Assembly: GCA_965153355.1 (NCBI GenBank)
Contig: OZ231126.1
Coordinates: 23,250,001 to 23,314,000 of the forward strand
Direction: 5' to 3'
DNA length: 64,000 bases
Origin: Flaccisagitta enflata
Taxonomy: Eukaryota
Made by a program: the position numbers and the translations under genes. Below, piece after piece: positions 19,819 through 34,236 of the stretch. How positions within the stretch are numbered: position 1 is the first letter of the stretch; every line of letters begins with the position of its first letter. The notes under the pieces are model-generated. The model had not been told where the DNA came from. It ran no database searches and saw only the letters and a list, made by a program, of their open reading frames with translations.

Positions 19819-21507
19819 TTGCCACCACCGCGACCACAACCAAGGCCACCACAACTACGACCACCACCACCACCACCACCACCACCACCACCACCACCAC
19901 CACCGCCGCCTCGTCTGCCGCTTCCGTCGCTGCCGCCTTCGGCACGCCCCATTGAAAAACGCCATTTTGCGATCCCAATGGCCACATGAAATTTCTTAAT
20001 GCGATCAATAAAACTAACTAAGGATATTACTGACCGACAGTAATTGCCGCCATAAAACTTGCATTCGCCGCCGACGCTTCGCTCATAAAACGACGACGAT
20101 GACGACGACGTTAACGACGATGACGACGACGACAACGACGATAACGACGACAGATGGTGCAAAGTGGATGCTGGCGGCGATCCAGAAAGCAATAACAGAG
20201 CAACATTGCGAAAGAGAGAAATGTTTGCTCTCGAGATCTTTATAAGTTTTGCGACTTTCTCCGCGTTGTTGCGTCAAAAAAAAAAAACTTGCTAGTAAGT
20301 TTTTTTTTTTCTACCTAATTTTAACATTTTTTGCAAGTAAAAACGGAATTTAACTATTTTTTGCCTTATTTTCTTTATTTTTCCTTAAAACCAGCTCTTG
20401 CGCTTCCGGGACCCAAATTCGGGCAATTTCTATACATAAACGGCTGTCGTTATAACGTCTGCGCCGGGTTATTCCATCCAAAGCGGCGCCTCCTCGTTAC
20501 TTTAACGGCGTTGTAATCCGGCGTCGCCCGGAGTCATTCTCCGAACGGCGGAACAGCGGCGGCGTCGTCGACTCAGTGGTGTAAGGCAACCTAAAATCGA
20601 AGGGACGCCCGACTCTCATCTATGTTTTATTAACAGCAAATTTTGATTGAGCCAAAAAAAAAACGAAAAAAAAAAAACGCTATCATTACTTGTTTTCTAA
20701 ACTTAGTGTATATTTCCTATTGAGGGGAAGGGAATGAAATGAACAAAATATGCACACTTCTTATTTTCTTTTTTTTTTCTTTTTTCTTTCTTCCACTAAT
20801 TTTCATAGAAACAGTCTCAGAGAGTGAGCCCTGTCTGACATCGAGGGCGTTAGCTGACGTCCCTTCTCGTTATCATCCAATTTACCAGCGGCGTTGTCGT
20901 CGCTGTAAATCGGCGTGACGCCGCCAAGCGGCGCGGCGTGGCGTAGTCATAGCGGCGCTTTCATTGCGTGGCGAATGTTCTTCCAGAAGCGGCGTTTGAA
21001 CGTCGCCTCCTCGCGTTAGAAACCATAAATGGAAGCAGCTGCCTGGAAATGGGTTCAAAAGCGCCCGTTATCCACATTATATATCCCCCTTATCCACGTA
21101 GTAAATGCCCGTCGGCACTACCAAACTCGAAACCCAAATTTCTTGAAATTTGATTTTTTGTATTTTCTATAAGAATTTGATAATCAACAAAATATATTTT
21201 TTTTTCATGATTTCATTTTTTGAAAAGTAATTTTTTTTTTTTGAGTATAGACAACAATATTTTTTTCTTAGTTTGTCCAATAATCTAAGAATGCAAAAGT
21301 TTATACTATTTTCATTTTTTACTGTTGATATTGAGATATAGCAAGCAATGTTTACAGATAGAAATGAAACTGTTATCAAAATAGAAATCAGAACTAGATA
21401 ACTGGTATGAGTTTAAAGGAAATTAAATGAACAAAAAACAGATAAAACAATAATAGATAAATGAATAAACAGCACACTTTTAAATCTGTTTAATAAAAAC
21501 CTCAATA

Positions 21508-21668
21508 CATCAGGACCCCGCCGCATTGGTCCCATTGGGACTGAAGATTATTCACCTTCATCTTAGGTTCACCTTAAAAAAAAGTGAAATCTCATTAAAA
21601 ACTATCATTTCGGATCTTTATTTTTGGGGAACCTTTAAAAGCAGGTCTGTTATTGCGGGGTTCCACTG
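21508..21668. mobile_element. pogo/Tigger-like MITE (family copies at 38428-38588 and 46704-46880; relative at 45241-45420)
   Basis: Consensus TA|CAGTGG(A/G)ACCCCGC...GCGGGGTTCCACTG|TA termini, with shared interiors between copies. Confidence 0.7.
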
Positions 21669-22049
21669 TATTAACAAAAGAAAATACATTAGGAATCTGG
21701 ATTTCTGCTTTGGTGTTTTAGATCGGTGGTGCCGAAGAAACATCCTGTTCTCTTCTCAAGAGTCGTTCCACTCGGATTCTAGCTTCATTGGACTAACTTC
21801 ATCTTTCTCAAGATGCAAAAAGATGCTAAAAGAAAAAAAATCTTTGCTCATTAAAACTCTATCTATGATTACTATAAAAAAATGTATAAAACTTCTTTAT
21901 TGTCTGATTTTTTTCCGAATTTCCCCCTTTTTTCGTGATCTTTTTTTTTCTCTTCTTGTCCTTCATAGCGTTTCCTTGTCATATATGATAAGCACACTCA
22001 AGTACAGATACTCGATCTGAAATCGACAAATAACACATACATATGAATA

Positions 22050-22251
22050 ACAAGTGACACTGGGTCAAAATATCGCTGCGGACGGGTGGTCCAACCACCA
22101 TCCACACCTCAACCCCCACACCCACTCAAACAAATGCAAAAATTATTCAAAAACACTCGTTTTCCCACTTTTAGACTCGTGCTGGCAGATGGACGGACGG
22201 AGGGACCGACGTGCAAAGCCTCTTATGGAGTTACGTGTCCACGACTAAAAA
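22050..22251 (-). mobile_element. HINE-type element (duplicate at ~38970-39171; further ends at 15699-15910, 56640-56725, 61990-62044, 62423-62580)
   Basis: GGACGGACGG...AAAGCCTCTTATGGAGTTACGTGTCCACGACTAAAAA, the family 5' end in reverse orientation. Confidence 0.6.
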
Positions 22252-22618
22252 GCAACATACACAAACCAAAAACACTCAACCAATTCCTCTGCATCTGACC
22301 AGTGCTATGATGTACAGACAAATAGACTCAAAGAGATGCGTGGGCGAAACTTGAAAGGCACCGCTAACCGTTAACTGCGGGTGGAAACTCTCAAGGCACG
22401 TGAAGTAAAACTGGCCACTGCGCTGACCAGTCGATTACGATGACGACGACGATGACGATGACGGTGACGATGACGATGGCGACGACGACGACGACAACCA
22501 TGTTTGAAACCACTTCGCTCTTTTAGTTTCCACTTTCACACGATAAAATCGGAGATTCGATTACATGAAACGTTGGTTTTGAATCCGTGTGTCTCATGTC
22601 GCTCAACAACAACAACAA

Positions 22619-22666
<48 letters not shown>

Positions 22667-22899
22667 AAAACAACAATAACAATAACAACAATAACAATAA
22701 CAACAAAATAACAACAACAACAATATCGACGTTGATGATTTAACCATCTACTTTTAGGTGCGACAAAGCACCTCTATAACTCGTATAATTCGTTCGACGA
22801 TCCACATGTCGCACCTTATCGGCCTACTTGGCCTTGTTCTCATGTTATCTTACGGATTTCTTGTTCATGCTGATGTCACTCCACCTCTGTCCGGGTTTG

Positions 22900-22961
<62 letters not shown>

Positions 22962-23294
22962 GTTCTCAGTTTCGTTCAGTTCCGAGCAACAAAAGGAATG
23001 AGACGAGTTTGCACCTGGTTCTCACGATCACGTGTGTCTGAGTCAATGTTTTGGCGGGTTGGGATGGTGGTCAATAATCGAACAGTCAGAATTTTGGATT
23101 TGGAGGGAAAGAAGACCAAACTGAATACTTTCCAACTTAGCGGGGAAACAGAAGGAAAGAAATCGGTAAATCTTGATGTCTGATGACGATAAAATCCTGT
23201 TTTTCTTCATCACCATCCAAAAAAAAGAACTGTTCTGCTTTTTTGAAATGCTCGAATCCTCAATTTTCAATATTATGTCTTTCACAAAACAAAA

Positions 23295-25889
23295 ATGAGC
23301 CAAAACAAAGCGAATTTTTCTGCTCGTGGATCCTCTCAATATGGTTGCATTTTTTGTTCTTTAAAACTCGCCGATCAAATCTCTCTGAAACACCACGTGG
23401 AAGACGTCCACAAAGGCCGCACATTCCTTTGTAGCAATTGTGGAGCGCAATTACGATTTCACACAAATTTGTCGAAACACAAACACGTGACGTGTTTAAA
23501 TACCAGATTCATCGTGTGCTATTTCCCGGAGAAGGCGCGTATTCCCAAGGCTAGCCCCGACACGAAATGTCCAACTTGTTTTCTTATATTTCCCAATTCC
23601 GTTCTAAACCGTCATCATTTCGAAGAATTCCACTGCCAACGAAGATTTCATTGCAACTTTTGCCATCAAGTTGTCGTTTCCCATCGCGATCTTCTCGCGC
23701 ACGTTTATCAACACGATGGCAACAACGTGACATTCGAAGCGAAATACGGCAAACGCCCACAGCATGTAAAATCAATACCCTTACACAAATGCCCCGACTG
23801 CGGGGGAATATTTTCGCATGCTGATAATTTAATCCGGCACAAAAGAATTGTTCATAGTCACACAGGCAAACCTATCTCGCCCAAACTCTCCAATACTCTT
23901 ATGGGTAGTCGTCGGTTTATGTGCATGGACTGTGGTAAACGGGTCAATGATAAAGTAGCTCACAAACGAAGTCATCATCCAAATGAGAGTATTACATTTG
24001 TCACTTCGTGGGGACCAGAACGTAACAAAAAGAAGATATTCTCGACATTGTCTGTAAATTCTTTAAGGAAAGACATTCCACAAGCCGGTAAAAGTAGTGA
24101 AGCCACTGACAATAAGAACACCGGCGACGTCATACTAATCACTGATAACGAGAAGGCCATTGATAACAATGAAACTACTAACACAACAGAGGTTACTGGT
24201 GAAGGTCAAAAGAACCAAGAAATCAACGATATCAATCTAATCAATGATGGCATTAACGCCACTGATAAAGGACAGACAAACAAAAAAACTTATGACATCA
24301 TCCATGCTTCTGATAGCGATGTGGTCTTTGACGATGAGAAAACTGACGACATTGTTCTCATCATCACTGACAGTGTTGCGGCCACTGATAAGGGCCAGAC
24401 CAACAGTTGCATTCAAGACACTGAATACGGTGAGGCCTCTAATGATGAGGAGACTAATGAAATAACTCATATCTCTGAAGACAATGAGGCCACTGGTAAA
24501 GAAGTAACCGAAGACAACATTGTAGTTTCTCATTGCAATGAAGTCACTGACAGAGGAGAAAATAATGACATCATCCAGAATACTAACAGCAGTCAAACCA
24601 CCAAAAATAACGAGTCTAATGACAAGAATGAGACAAATGATGACATCATAGCTTCAGATGGAATTGAGGCCAGTAATAACAGGAATGGTAGTAATGAAAA
24701 GAATGAAATAAAGATGATAAGAATAAGAAAGATGATAAGAAAATTGATAAGAAAGAATAAAACCGCCGACAGCACTGAGGCCAGCGATAAGGATGAAATG
24801 AGCATCAGCAAAGATACCATCGAGGCTGATGACTGCAACGCTGATGTCATAGTGATAAGTGATGGTGAAGAGACTAACATCCTCGACAAACGCGCCGTCG
24901 AGGCCAAAGACAACGACTGTAAAGGCGACAAGGAATATTGCGACGTCGATGACGACAACGACGATGCCGCCGATGTAGCCGATGTCATTGACCTCACAGA
25001 TGATGGAGGAACAGCTTTCATTTCCAGCAAGAATGTGGCACCGGATTATCCTGGAGGGGCGCATTATCGCAGCTTCAACTTTAATGGCGTTGTAATCCGG
25101 CGCTGTCGAGTTTCTCTCCGACGGCTTGATCAAGACGAGGAATGTGACTCTGAGTGGGCAAGGCCGAGAGGAACGGGATCTTCAAAGAAGCGAAAAATTG
25201 ACACAAGGGCGAATGCTAGATATTTCGTCTGTAACCATTGTAGCGAGATATTCCGTCATGTGGCTGATCACAAAATCCATGTGGAAGACGTGCACAAAGG
25301 GCGTGTTTACACATGCATTTGCAGAATCGAGTTGCGCGGATATTACGCTATGCATAAGCATAAACGAACATGCCGTAAAAGCAGTTTCTGTTCATTTACC
25401 GTCTCTTATGATCCACCTTTTGATCAGGAAGCGACTTCTACTACCAGAAACAAATGTAGAGTGAATATACCAACTTTAACAAGAACTTCTGCAAGATCAG
25501 TGACAAATAGGATCAGTAAAAGATACACTTCATTAGCGGTCAATGAAGTACAAGAAGAAATTCTAGATGAAGTTCAAGATGACTCTACTATTACTCATAC
25601 CAATAATCATGATTCAAATGATAAACGTTCAACGCATCCTGAAAGTGATACTGCGGATGGTTGTCATGATCAGATTCCACCCACAAGGGTGGATGCCGGG
25701 CTTGGAGCGAGTGGATCCGTTATCTCAACTAATGTTATAGCGAGTTGGCAGAAAGAAAATACCGCATCAACCAAAAAGACCCAACCGCTTCCATCTAGTG
25801 ACATCGTGAATGAAAATTTGTCGCCTTCTGTGATCTATCTTTTTCTTTTTAACCGACAACTCATCCTCCTTCAGGTAATCAAATCCTAA
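23295..25889 (+). pseudogene. 3'-truncated duplicate of the C2H2 zinc-finger gene (864 aa; last ~18 aa come from antisense Helentron sequence)
   Basis: Translation matches 40244-42781 up to ...ENLSPSV, then diverges at the duplication junction. Confidence 0.85.
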
Positions 25890-28800
25890 TTCATTTGATA
25901 TGTCAGTGGGAATCAAATCAAATGAATTAACCATTTTATTTTGGTGCTCATTGACTTTTTTTGCAAGGCTTTCTTCCTCGTCAACAACTGGGACCAAATT
26001 GTGGTCATGCTCATACTCATTCATGGCGTCATCAAGCACTTTCTTTTTCATTTTGTGGTAGAATGAGCGAGCTTCTTCAATCTGTTTTTCCATGGAGATA
26101 TATCTGTCTCCGTAAGTTTCAAAGTCACCAGTGATTTCTGCTTCTTTACGCCATGAAGTAAAAAGTAGAAGTTGAACACGAGCAAAGTCGTCAAATTGAG
26201 TTTTTGGATCATACTGATAATACAAAATTACTTTTGTCTTTTTATCTGTCAGCCTCCCAGAAACATAATCGATAAGATTAACATTTTCAAAAACTTTATC
26301 TCTTACTGCATAGCGCTGAAAGCAGTCTGTGAGAAAAATATCTTCACTATCAGGAGATAGGGATGCTAATGCCTTCGATGATTTTAACATCTTCACACGT
26401 TCAGCAGTTGGATAAGTATTTATCCGAACTTTTGTGCGAGTAGAGGAGACCAAAGGCATTTGCAAAAGATTATATCCAACCTCCTGACTGGAAATCTCAC
26501 TGGCACCTTGAAACTCACGGACAAACTTGAAAAACTGTTCTCTCAAACAGTTATTCTTCTTTTTACACTCGCTTGTGACTTTTTGAAGAAGCTTGCTCAT
26601 ACCACGATAAGATTTGCCAATGTAAGAAACTATGTAGTGACAAACGGAATATGGATCCAGTATATACTGAATATCCATATTCCCACCCCAAACCTTTAGA
26701 AGAGTATCATTATAATTATTAGTTCTGATGGACTTAACATTCCTCCTCAAAAAAACCGTAGGCTTTTTTATTTCAAATGAAAGCGCCATCAGATACTCAG
26801 TTTCATTCATTTCTAAGTTATTCAGAAACTGTTCAAAAGTCATGTTGAATACATCAGCATTGGAAATATCAAGGGAGGAAAGATAATCATTGATGTTTTT
26901 GATGTTACCATTTAATATTTTCTTCATATCTTTCTTCCTTTCAACAAATTCCTCAGCTGATAATTCAACATCACCATTGCTTGTTTTTATGTAATGATCC
27001 AAATCTAAAGGCTCTAAAATGATAGTCATAGGTAATGGTTTTCTTGGAAAACCAAACCTACATTTGTATCGTTTACCATTAACTTTAGTACTCTTTTTAT
27101 CCAAATTTTCATTGATGTTTTCCTTATTGTCCGGGGTTTTCTTTTTTTGCGCACCCCTGACAGTTTTCCTACATGTCAATTTATGACGATGGACTTGGCA
27201 CTTGAGATGAAAAGGAATGTCAAGCAGCTCATTTCCAGGTAGATCAACTGAAATGAACTTGTCAATGTAGTTGCATATTGATTGTTTGTCATGAACGCCA
27301 TATTTTGGAGCAGATTCAATCCAAACGACCATATGTACATGCGGACTGCCCCTATTTTGAAACTCAATCCGCATGAAATAGTCATCAGTATCATCATTGT
27401 ATCCAAGAGTTGGCTTCACAACCATGTTGAAGAACATTCGAAACCGATGATCAAAATGTCTGGATGTCAAAATGGGATTTTCACGAATCAAAGTCACTTT
27501 GTCAATCCATGACATTTTGGCCACCTCATCCAAAGTCAATGTTTTGCCATGTTTTTCAAAATATAGACTTTGAATGACTTCTGGCCATATAGTCTCAGCG
27601 GCAGAAAAGGTGAGAAAGAAAGATGGCATACCCAATTGGCGTATCATCCCTTTTAATTCACCTTGAATTTTTTGCCAATAGGCCGGTGACGACCTATCAG
27701 ACATGAGTACTTTATACCCACTATTGTGCTGGATAAGACTATTGCCAGAGGTTCCCAGAATGTCCTTGGCAGTGATATTTGAACCATCTAGACATTTGTT
27801 CTTTTTCAGGTTCACAAACACTGAATTTTTCAGTGCAAATGTTTGTGAAACACGATACAGAGCAAATGGAAATTGATAGTGTAAACGAAACCTTGGATCA
27901 TGATGCTCCATATACAGCTTCGCAACATCCGCAATAGAGAGTGGTATCAAACTTTCTTTGGGTAATTGACCTGCAAAGAGAGTAGGATACGCAGCCCTAA
28001 GCGCATGTTGATCTAGAGTCAGGGGGAGAGGTACTTGCCCCTCCCCCGGCGCGATACTGAATGATTTCAAAGCCATCGAAATATTGCTAATGTCTTCGAT
28101 CTCATTCAGTATCATTGTGTCAGAATTACCTACATTTTGACATTCCTTTTCTACTTTTTCAGTCCATCCATCGTCATCTTCATCATCAACAGCTTCATTG
28201 TTCTCAGGACCATTTTCACAATCTTTAACATCATTGCCATTATCATTTGCCATGTCATGATCATCAACTGTATTTTCATTCATCCCACTTGACATAGTGT
28301 CACAATCAATCATAGCAACGTCAGGATCATCATCATTTTCTTGTATATCATCAAGACATGGAGGGACAATGATTGAATTGTTTATGTTGTTTCTCAAAAG
28401 TGAGATATTACCCTCACTTAAGGTAATGTCCAACTTTTTGTACAGCTCTGTATTGATGAGATAATTCAATGCCGAGCAAACATTTTCCAAACTAATATTC
28501 ATGGTGAGGTATGAATGGTCATACTTCATTTTTCGTTTGAAATTCAGAGTAACAACATTATCAGCAGAGGTTAATGGCAGCTGAGAGACCATTTTTTCCA
28601 TTGGTATTGGTACATTCACAGCATTACTGACAATGCCGCGTTGAGCACCGATTCCAAGGCTTTTTACTCTAACAAAGAAGGTACGTGGTGCCACTAACCT
28701 CTCCTCTCCATCATTCAAAGTCCTAATGAAATCAGGAACATGAGGTAATTCATTGTTGTTAGCTACAGCTAACTTAGGAAGATTACCTTGTGTAATGTGA

Positions 28801-31514
28801 TTTTGGCATGTCTTGCAGATATACAAGCAGTTATCAATACTAGGGATATCCTTTAACCAGTCAATGTTGATGTTGTTATGAGTGACTTTTTTGTCCCTCA
28901 TAACTTTTGACAGCTTAACCACCTGTTCACGGAACATACTCCGAGCACATGATACACAATAAAAATGAGGTCCATCAGCAATGGCTTTGAAAAAAGTCTG
29001 AAATTCAGATTCAATCTCCTTTCTGTCTACCTGGTATGATTCGTCATGAGATTGAATCTGAATCTTTTTCATTGTTTGGATCAGCTTTTTTGTAGCTTCA
29101 TCACTGAAAACTTCAGAGCTCTTTTGCCTATTCTTTGCTTGTCGCACTTTCTGCATTCTAACCTTCGCTTCTTCTCTTGATTCCGCCTTTTCCTTCTCTT
29201 CTTGTGCTTCCCTTAAATTCTGCATTCTAACCTTCGCTTCTTCTCTTGATTCCGCCTTTTCCTTCTCTTCTTGTGCCTCCCTCAAATTCTTCATTCTATT
29301 TTTCATTTCTTCTCTAAATTCTTTCTTTTCTTCCTCATCTTGTTCTTCCCTCAGTTGCTGTTTTCTTTTTCTGTCCCTGCTTTTCTCATCTTCTTTTTGT
29401 TCCTCATTTTGCTCTTCCCTCAAGGTCTTCATTCTATTCTTTGCTTCTTCCCTCAATTCATCTTTTTCTTCTTCTGCCTGCTCTTCCCTCAAATTCTTCA
29501 TTCTATTTTTCATTTCTTCTCTAAATTCTTTCTTTTCTTCCTCATCTTGTTCTTCCCTCAGTTGCTGTTTTCTTTTTCTGTCCCTGCTTTTCTCATCTTC
29601 TTTTTGTTCCTCATTTTGCTCTTCCCTCTGGTTCTTCATTCTATTCTTTGCTTCTTCTCTCAGTTTTTCTTTTTTCTTCTCATCTTGTTTTGCTCTTTGT
29701 TTTCTTTTTCTATCTCTCTCTTCACTGGCCGTTCTCTTCTTGCCACCTCCGCTGAGGTTCATATTGTTATAGATGGTATTGCATGAACCATTAGATTCAA
29801 CATGTTCTACCATTATACCATTCCGTGTATGATAAGTCACGCGGATTTTTTCTATACCTTGGTGAGTAGAATTTGGCTCTGCAGCTGCGCAATTAAAAAA
29901 CTTTTTCAACTTTTTGATGACTTTTTGACGTTTTTTCCTCCTGAGATTTACATGGTTGCTAGTTCTGTCATTGGTATATGATGATTCAGATGTATGAGCA
30001 TTGTTATGTAACTCTACCTTCTGGCTTCCATCACCATAAAAAATCATTTGATCAGTTTGGGCTGCTGTGCGCTTCTGTTGAAAGGACAGAATTTTCTGCT
30101 TTAATCGCATCTCAGCACTAGCTCTGTCTGTCTCAATTTTTGGACCAACGGATAGACCAGCAGATAAGGTATTGGAGGGATCAACAGATGGACCAAAAAA
30201 TGGATCAACAGGTGAAGGAACAGGCAGATCAACAGATGGATAAATAGAGGGATAATCAGGAGGTTCCAAAGAGAGATCGTCACATGGGCCAATGGACAAA
30301 CCTTCAGATGAACCAAATACTCGATCAGCGGATGGACTCTTGTATTGATCAGCAGATGGGCAAATGGTTTGGTCAGCAGATGAACCTACAGATGGACAAA
30401 CCCTCTTACAGTGATGAAATGGAGACGAGCAAACAACTTTGACCGAACGTTTTCTTAAAATATTTTTTGCCAGTCGGTCAACTTGTCTCTCTTCTCCACT
30501 TTTTTGTTTTTTCAAATGACTTTTTTGAATAAAAGCATCAACTGGTGAGCTATCAAATGACCTTTGAAGTTCTTCTACCTTCGCTCTACGTCTCTTCTTT
30601 TCTGCTTTCTTTTTGGGAGCAACTTTGTTTGATACATCAATGAATTTTTGCGTATTTCTTTTCTTGCTCAAAGGAGAACATTCAAAATGCATCTCCTTTT
30701 CCAAAGATAAATTGCTTTCTTTAAGAAGCCTTCCAAACCGTGCATCAATCAAAGTTGCATCTTCCCTTTTCTTTTTCTCAGCTCTTTTCATAACTTCAAA
30801 GTTTGCCAAACGCATGTCAATTGATTTCAAAGGAGATGCTTTTATTTTTGGATGTTGCAAAGGGGGAAATTCATCGTTGGAAAATTTCTTTTGCTCACAG
30901 ACTTGTAAAACCGACCATGCATATTTGCTCTTGCCATCTGGTGCCAAATGAATTCCGTCCTTTGCAACATGCTTCTCCATTTTATGTGTTGGCAAAGGTG
31001 GAATATGACGCAACTTCGAATGAAAATTTATATTTAACTGGTTGACATCATGAACACACCTATTTGCCATCAAAATCCAATTGTTATCCCCATATTTGGG
31101 AAACCTGCCGCGCAAATCATTATTACAAATGCGACGAGGTGTGAGGGGATAGACAAACAGACGTCGGACAAATGGATGATCCATCACAATTTTCAATTCT
31201 GTATTTCGTCTTGTTATAAAATCTTCAAGATCGAAATGCAGTGATTTGGAAATGGATTCAGAAAGATCAACTGCTCCAGAGATCAAAAACACATCGACCA
31301 GGATGTCGCAATCATTTCTGTTGACAAATTCTGCCATTTGCCAAGGGAAAACCTTCTTGACAAGAAAATTTGTAGTTTTCCCTGGTCTAAAATCTGTTGT
31401 CACGACATCCAAATTGAAATGTGTTTTCATCTTGGAGCAGAGGAGAGCGTCATTAGGAAAATATCCATGGAGAATACTGTCTCCAAGGATAAGCCCAATT
31501 TTCAACTGCATCAT
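25767..31514 (-). pseudogene. Second, 3'-truncated Helentron RepHel copy (1915-aa open frame): SGNH, STPR repeats and Rep present; helicase, endonuclease and protease absent
   Basis: Near-identical to 9141-14824, about 15 aa differences by eye. It breaks at 25831, just before the helicase, and runs ~20 codons into antisense zinc-finger sequence. Confidence 0.9.
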
Positions 31515-31754
31515 TTTGATGAAAAAAGGACAAATACAGTAAAGGACGGGGGAATTAATGAAACTATTGCTAAAAAACTGCCGCGGACGTGGAAGAGGGG
31601 AAGGGGCAGGGACGCAATATCCCCTTTTATGATCAGTGATCTATGGACTTACAGACGGACCTACAGACAGGCAAACAAAGCCTCTTTTAAAGTCGGACCA
31701 ACAGACAGGCAAACAAAGCTTCTTTTAAAGTCGCGAGTCCGCAAATAAAATTAC

Positions 31755-31820
<66 letters not shown>

Positions 31821-32734
31821 TTGCTCACTCACTCGCTCACTCTCTTGCAAGCTCAAAAACACGCTCTTTACCTCGCTCACCCGCTTGCTTACTCACTCAC
31901 TTTCTCACTCACTCGCTCACTCGCTCACTCTCTCGCTCACTCACTTGCTCTCTCGTTCTCGTGCGCACTATTCTAAACTTACTGTGAATTAAACAAACTT
32001 GACTTCACCTCTTGAGCAGAAAATGAAAATGATCCAATAGAAATTTGCAATCATTTTTAAAATATTTCCTAAAAATTCCTTATGTGTGTCTTAACTAGCT
32101 ATCCATTCGTTTTATAAGGGTTTGCTAGTCAGTTAGTTTCAGTGAAACAGAATTGAATCAGACTGATGATGAAGACATGGTTAAATGATAGAATACATGA
32201 ATGAGGATTTAGATCATGCAGAACATAAAGAATGCTGCTTAAGCAAAGAATGACATAAGACGATGACTACGATGACATTGACGATACTGACGATGACAAT
32301 GACCACCAATAAAGGCGACTATCACTGACCGGAAAAAAGTAGTAAATGGGTTGTTTTTTTTCAGTGCATTTTGTTTTATGTGTACATCTCATGCTGTTTG
32401 GTTCAGTACCTGTCTGTTTTCAGTTGCATGCACGTGACTCTGCACCCCGCTTTGTCTGTCTGTCTATCTGTCTGTTGGTCGGTCGATTGGTCAGGCGGTT
32501 GGTTGGTTGGTCAGTCGCTCAGTCAGTTGAAAATTGTTTTTCAATCTGTGTCCCTTTCTAGGTGCAGACACGCGACTCTACAAGCGACTACACTCGGTTT
32601 ATCCAACCGTCAGTCGGTCCGACACATTTTTGAATTCAATGTTGAGATATTTAAAAACATATATCTTAAATATATCACTATATGCCAGAAAAATGAACAA
32701 AAAAACAACTAAACGAATAAATAAACAAAAGCCC

Positions 32735-34170
32735 CCAGTGTTCTACAGGACTTCGTCCCCTTCGGGGCCGCTGCCCTGCTCCCTCTCACTCCAATTCACA
32801 ATCATGCAAAGCAGGGCAACGGGTATCGCTGACCACATATTGCCCTTGGGCGACCTGTTTCCTTTCTTCCTTTCTCTCTTTCTCTCTTTCTCTCTTTCTC
32901 TCTTTCTTTCTTTCTTTCTCTTTTTCTTTCTTTTTTTCTTTCTTTCTTTCTTTCTTTCAATTCCCTTTTTCTTTCTTCCCTTTTTGGGCAGCGGCCCCGA
33001 AGGGGCCGATGACCTATGCTTTCACACAGGAGAAAATTCTCCTCCTTCTTCTTCTCCTCCTCCTTCTTCTCCGTCCACCCCCTCAACCAGCCTTGAAGCC
33101 CAAAATCTAGCCTCAAGGCTCAATTATTAGCCTTGAAGCTCAAATTCCAGCCTTGAGGCTCAAATTCCAGCTTTGAGGCTCAAATTCCAGCTACTAGCCT
33201 CAAATTTCAGCCTCACAGCTTAAAATCTAACCTCAAGTCTCAAATTGAGCCTCAAAGCCCAGAATCCAGCCTCTCCAGCCTCTTCACTTCTCCTCCCTCT
33301 TCTCCTCCTTCTCTGTCCACCCCCTCAACCCTAGAATATAGATTTTAAGCCAAAAATCCTGCCTCGAGGCTCAAATTCCAACCTGAAGGCTTATATTCCA
33401 GCTTAAAGCCTCAGATTCCAGCTTCAAAGCCTCAAATCCACCCTCAAGGCTTAGAATCGAGCCTCAAAGCCCAGAATCCAGCCACATGGCCCCAATTTCA
33501 GCCTCCAAGCTCAAATTGCAGCCTCCAGGCTCAAGTCCCAACATAAAGCCTCTAAAATAACTAAGCATAGGTCATCGGCCCCTTCGGGGCCGCTGCCCCT
33601 CTCACCATCACACACCCACACATACTTACAGGGGCAACGGGTACCGCTGACCATCTAACGCTTTTGCGACTATTCTTTCTTCCTTTTTGGAAGGGGTCGA
33701 TGACCTATGCTTTCACACATATGGGGATTTTCTCCTCCTCCTCCTTCTTCGTCCCCCCCCCCTTAAATCCCAGTCTTGAGGCCCAAATTCCAGTCTCGAG
33801 GCCCAAATCCCAGTCTTGAGGGCCATTTCCCAGCCTCAAGGCCCAAATCCTAGCCTGGAGGCCCATAACCCAGCCTTGCAACCCAAATCTCAGCCTCCAG
33901 GCTAGGATTTGGGCCTTGAGGCTGGGATATGGCCCCCAAGACTGGGATTTGGGCCTTGAGACTGGAATTTGGGCCTCGAGACTGGGATTTGAGGGGGGAG
34001 GGACGGAGAAGGAGGAGGAGGAGAAGGAGAAAATCCCCCATATGTGTGAAAGCATAGGTCATCGACCCCTTCGGGGCCGCTGCCCTGCTCCCCCCTCAAC
34101 TTCAACCACAACCTAATTAGGCAGGGCACGGGTACCGCTGACCATCTAACGCTTTTGCGACTATTCTCTT
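32735..34170 (+). mobile_element. Tandem copies of a second non-autonomous family with asymmetric 35-bp inverted repeats and an internal ~20-bp satellite (degraded duplicate at 16015-17320)
   Basis: GGGCAGCGGCCCCGAAGGGGCCGATGACCTATGCT (32986-33020) is the reverse complement of 33564-33598. Conserved tail GGGCAACGGGTACCGCTGACCAT; internal GAGGCTCAAATTCCAGCCTT repeats. Related ends occur at ~960-995, 49880-49980 and 57642-57690. Confidence 0.65.
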
Positions 34171-34201
34171 TCTTTCTTCCCTTTTTCTTTCTTCCTTTTT
34201 C

Positions 34202-34236
<35 letters not shown>

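Noticed and set aside
19497-20192. Gly-, ER- and TH-repeat ORFs (also 36114-37115, 57060-57683, 59674-61259)
   Set aside because: These are microsatellite or polypurine translations, and frames differ between the duplicate copies.
15030-25830. Zinc-finger gene as Helentron cargo in a rolling-circle head-to-tail concatemer
   Set aside because: The junction lies inside both ORFs rather than at element termini, so a segmental tandem duplication is the simpler explanation. Cargo status is not excluded without other genomic copies.
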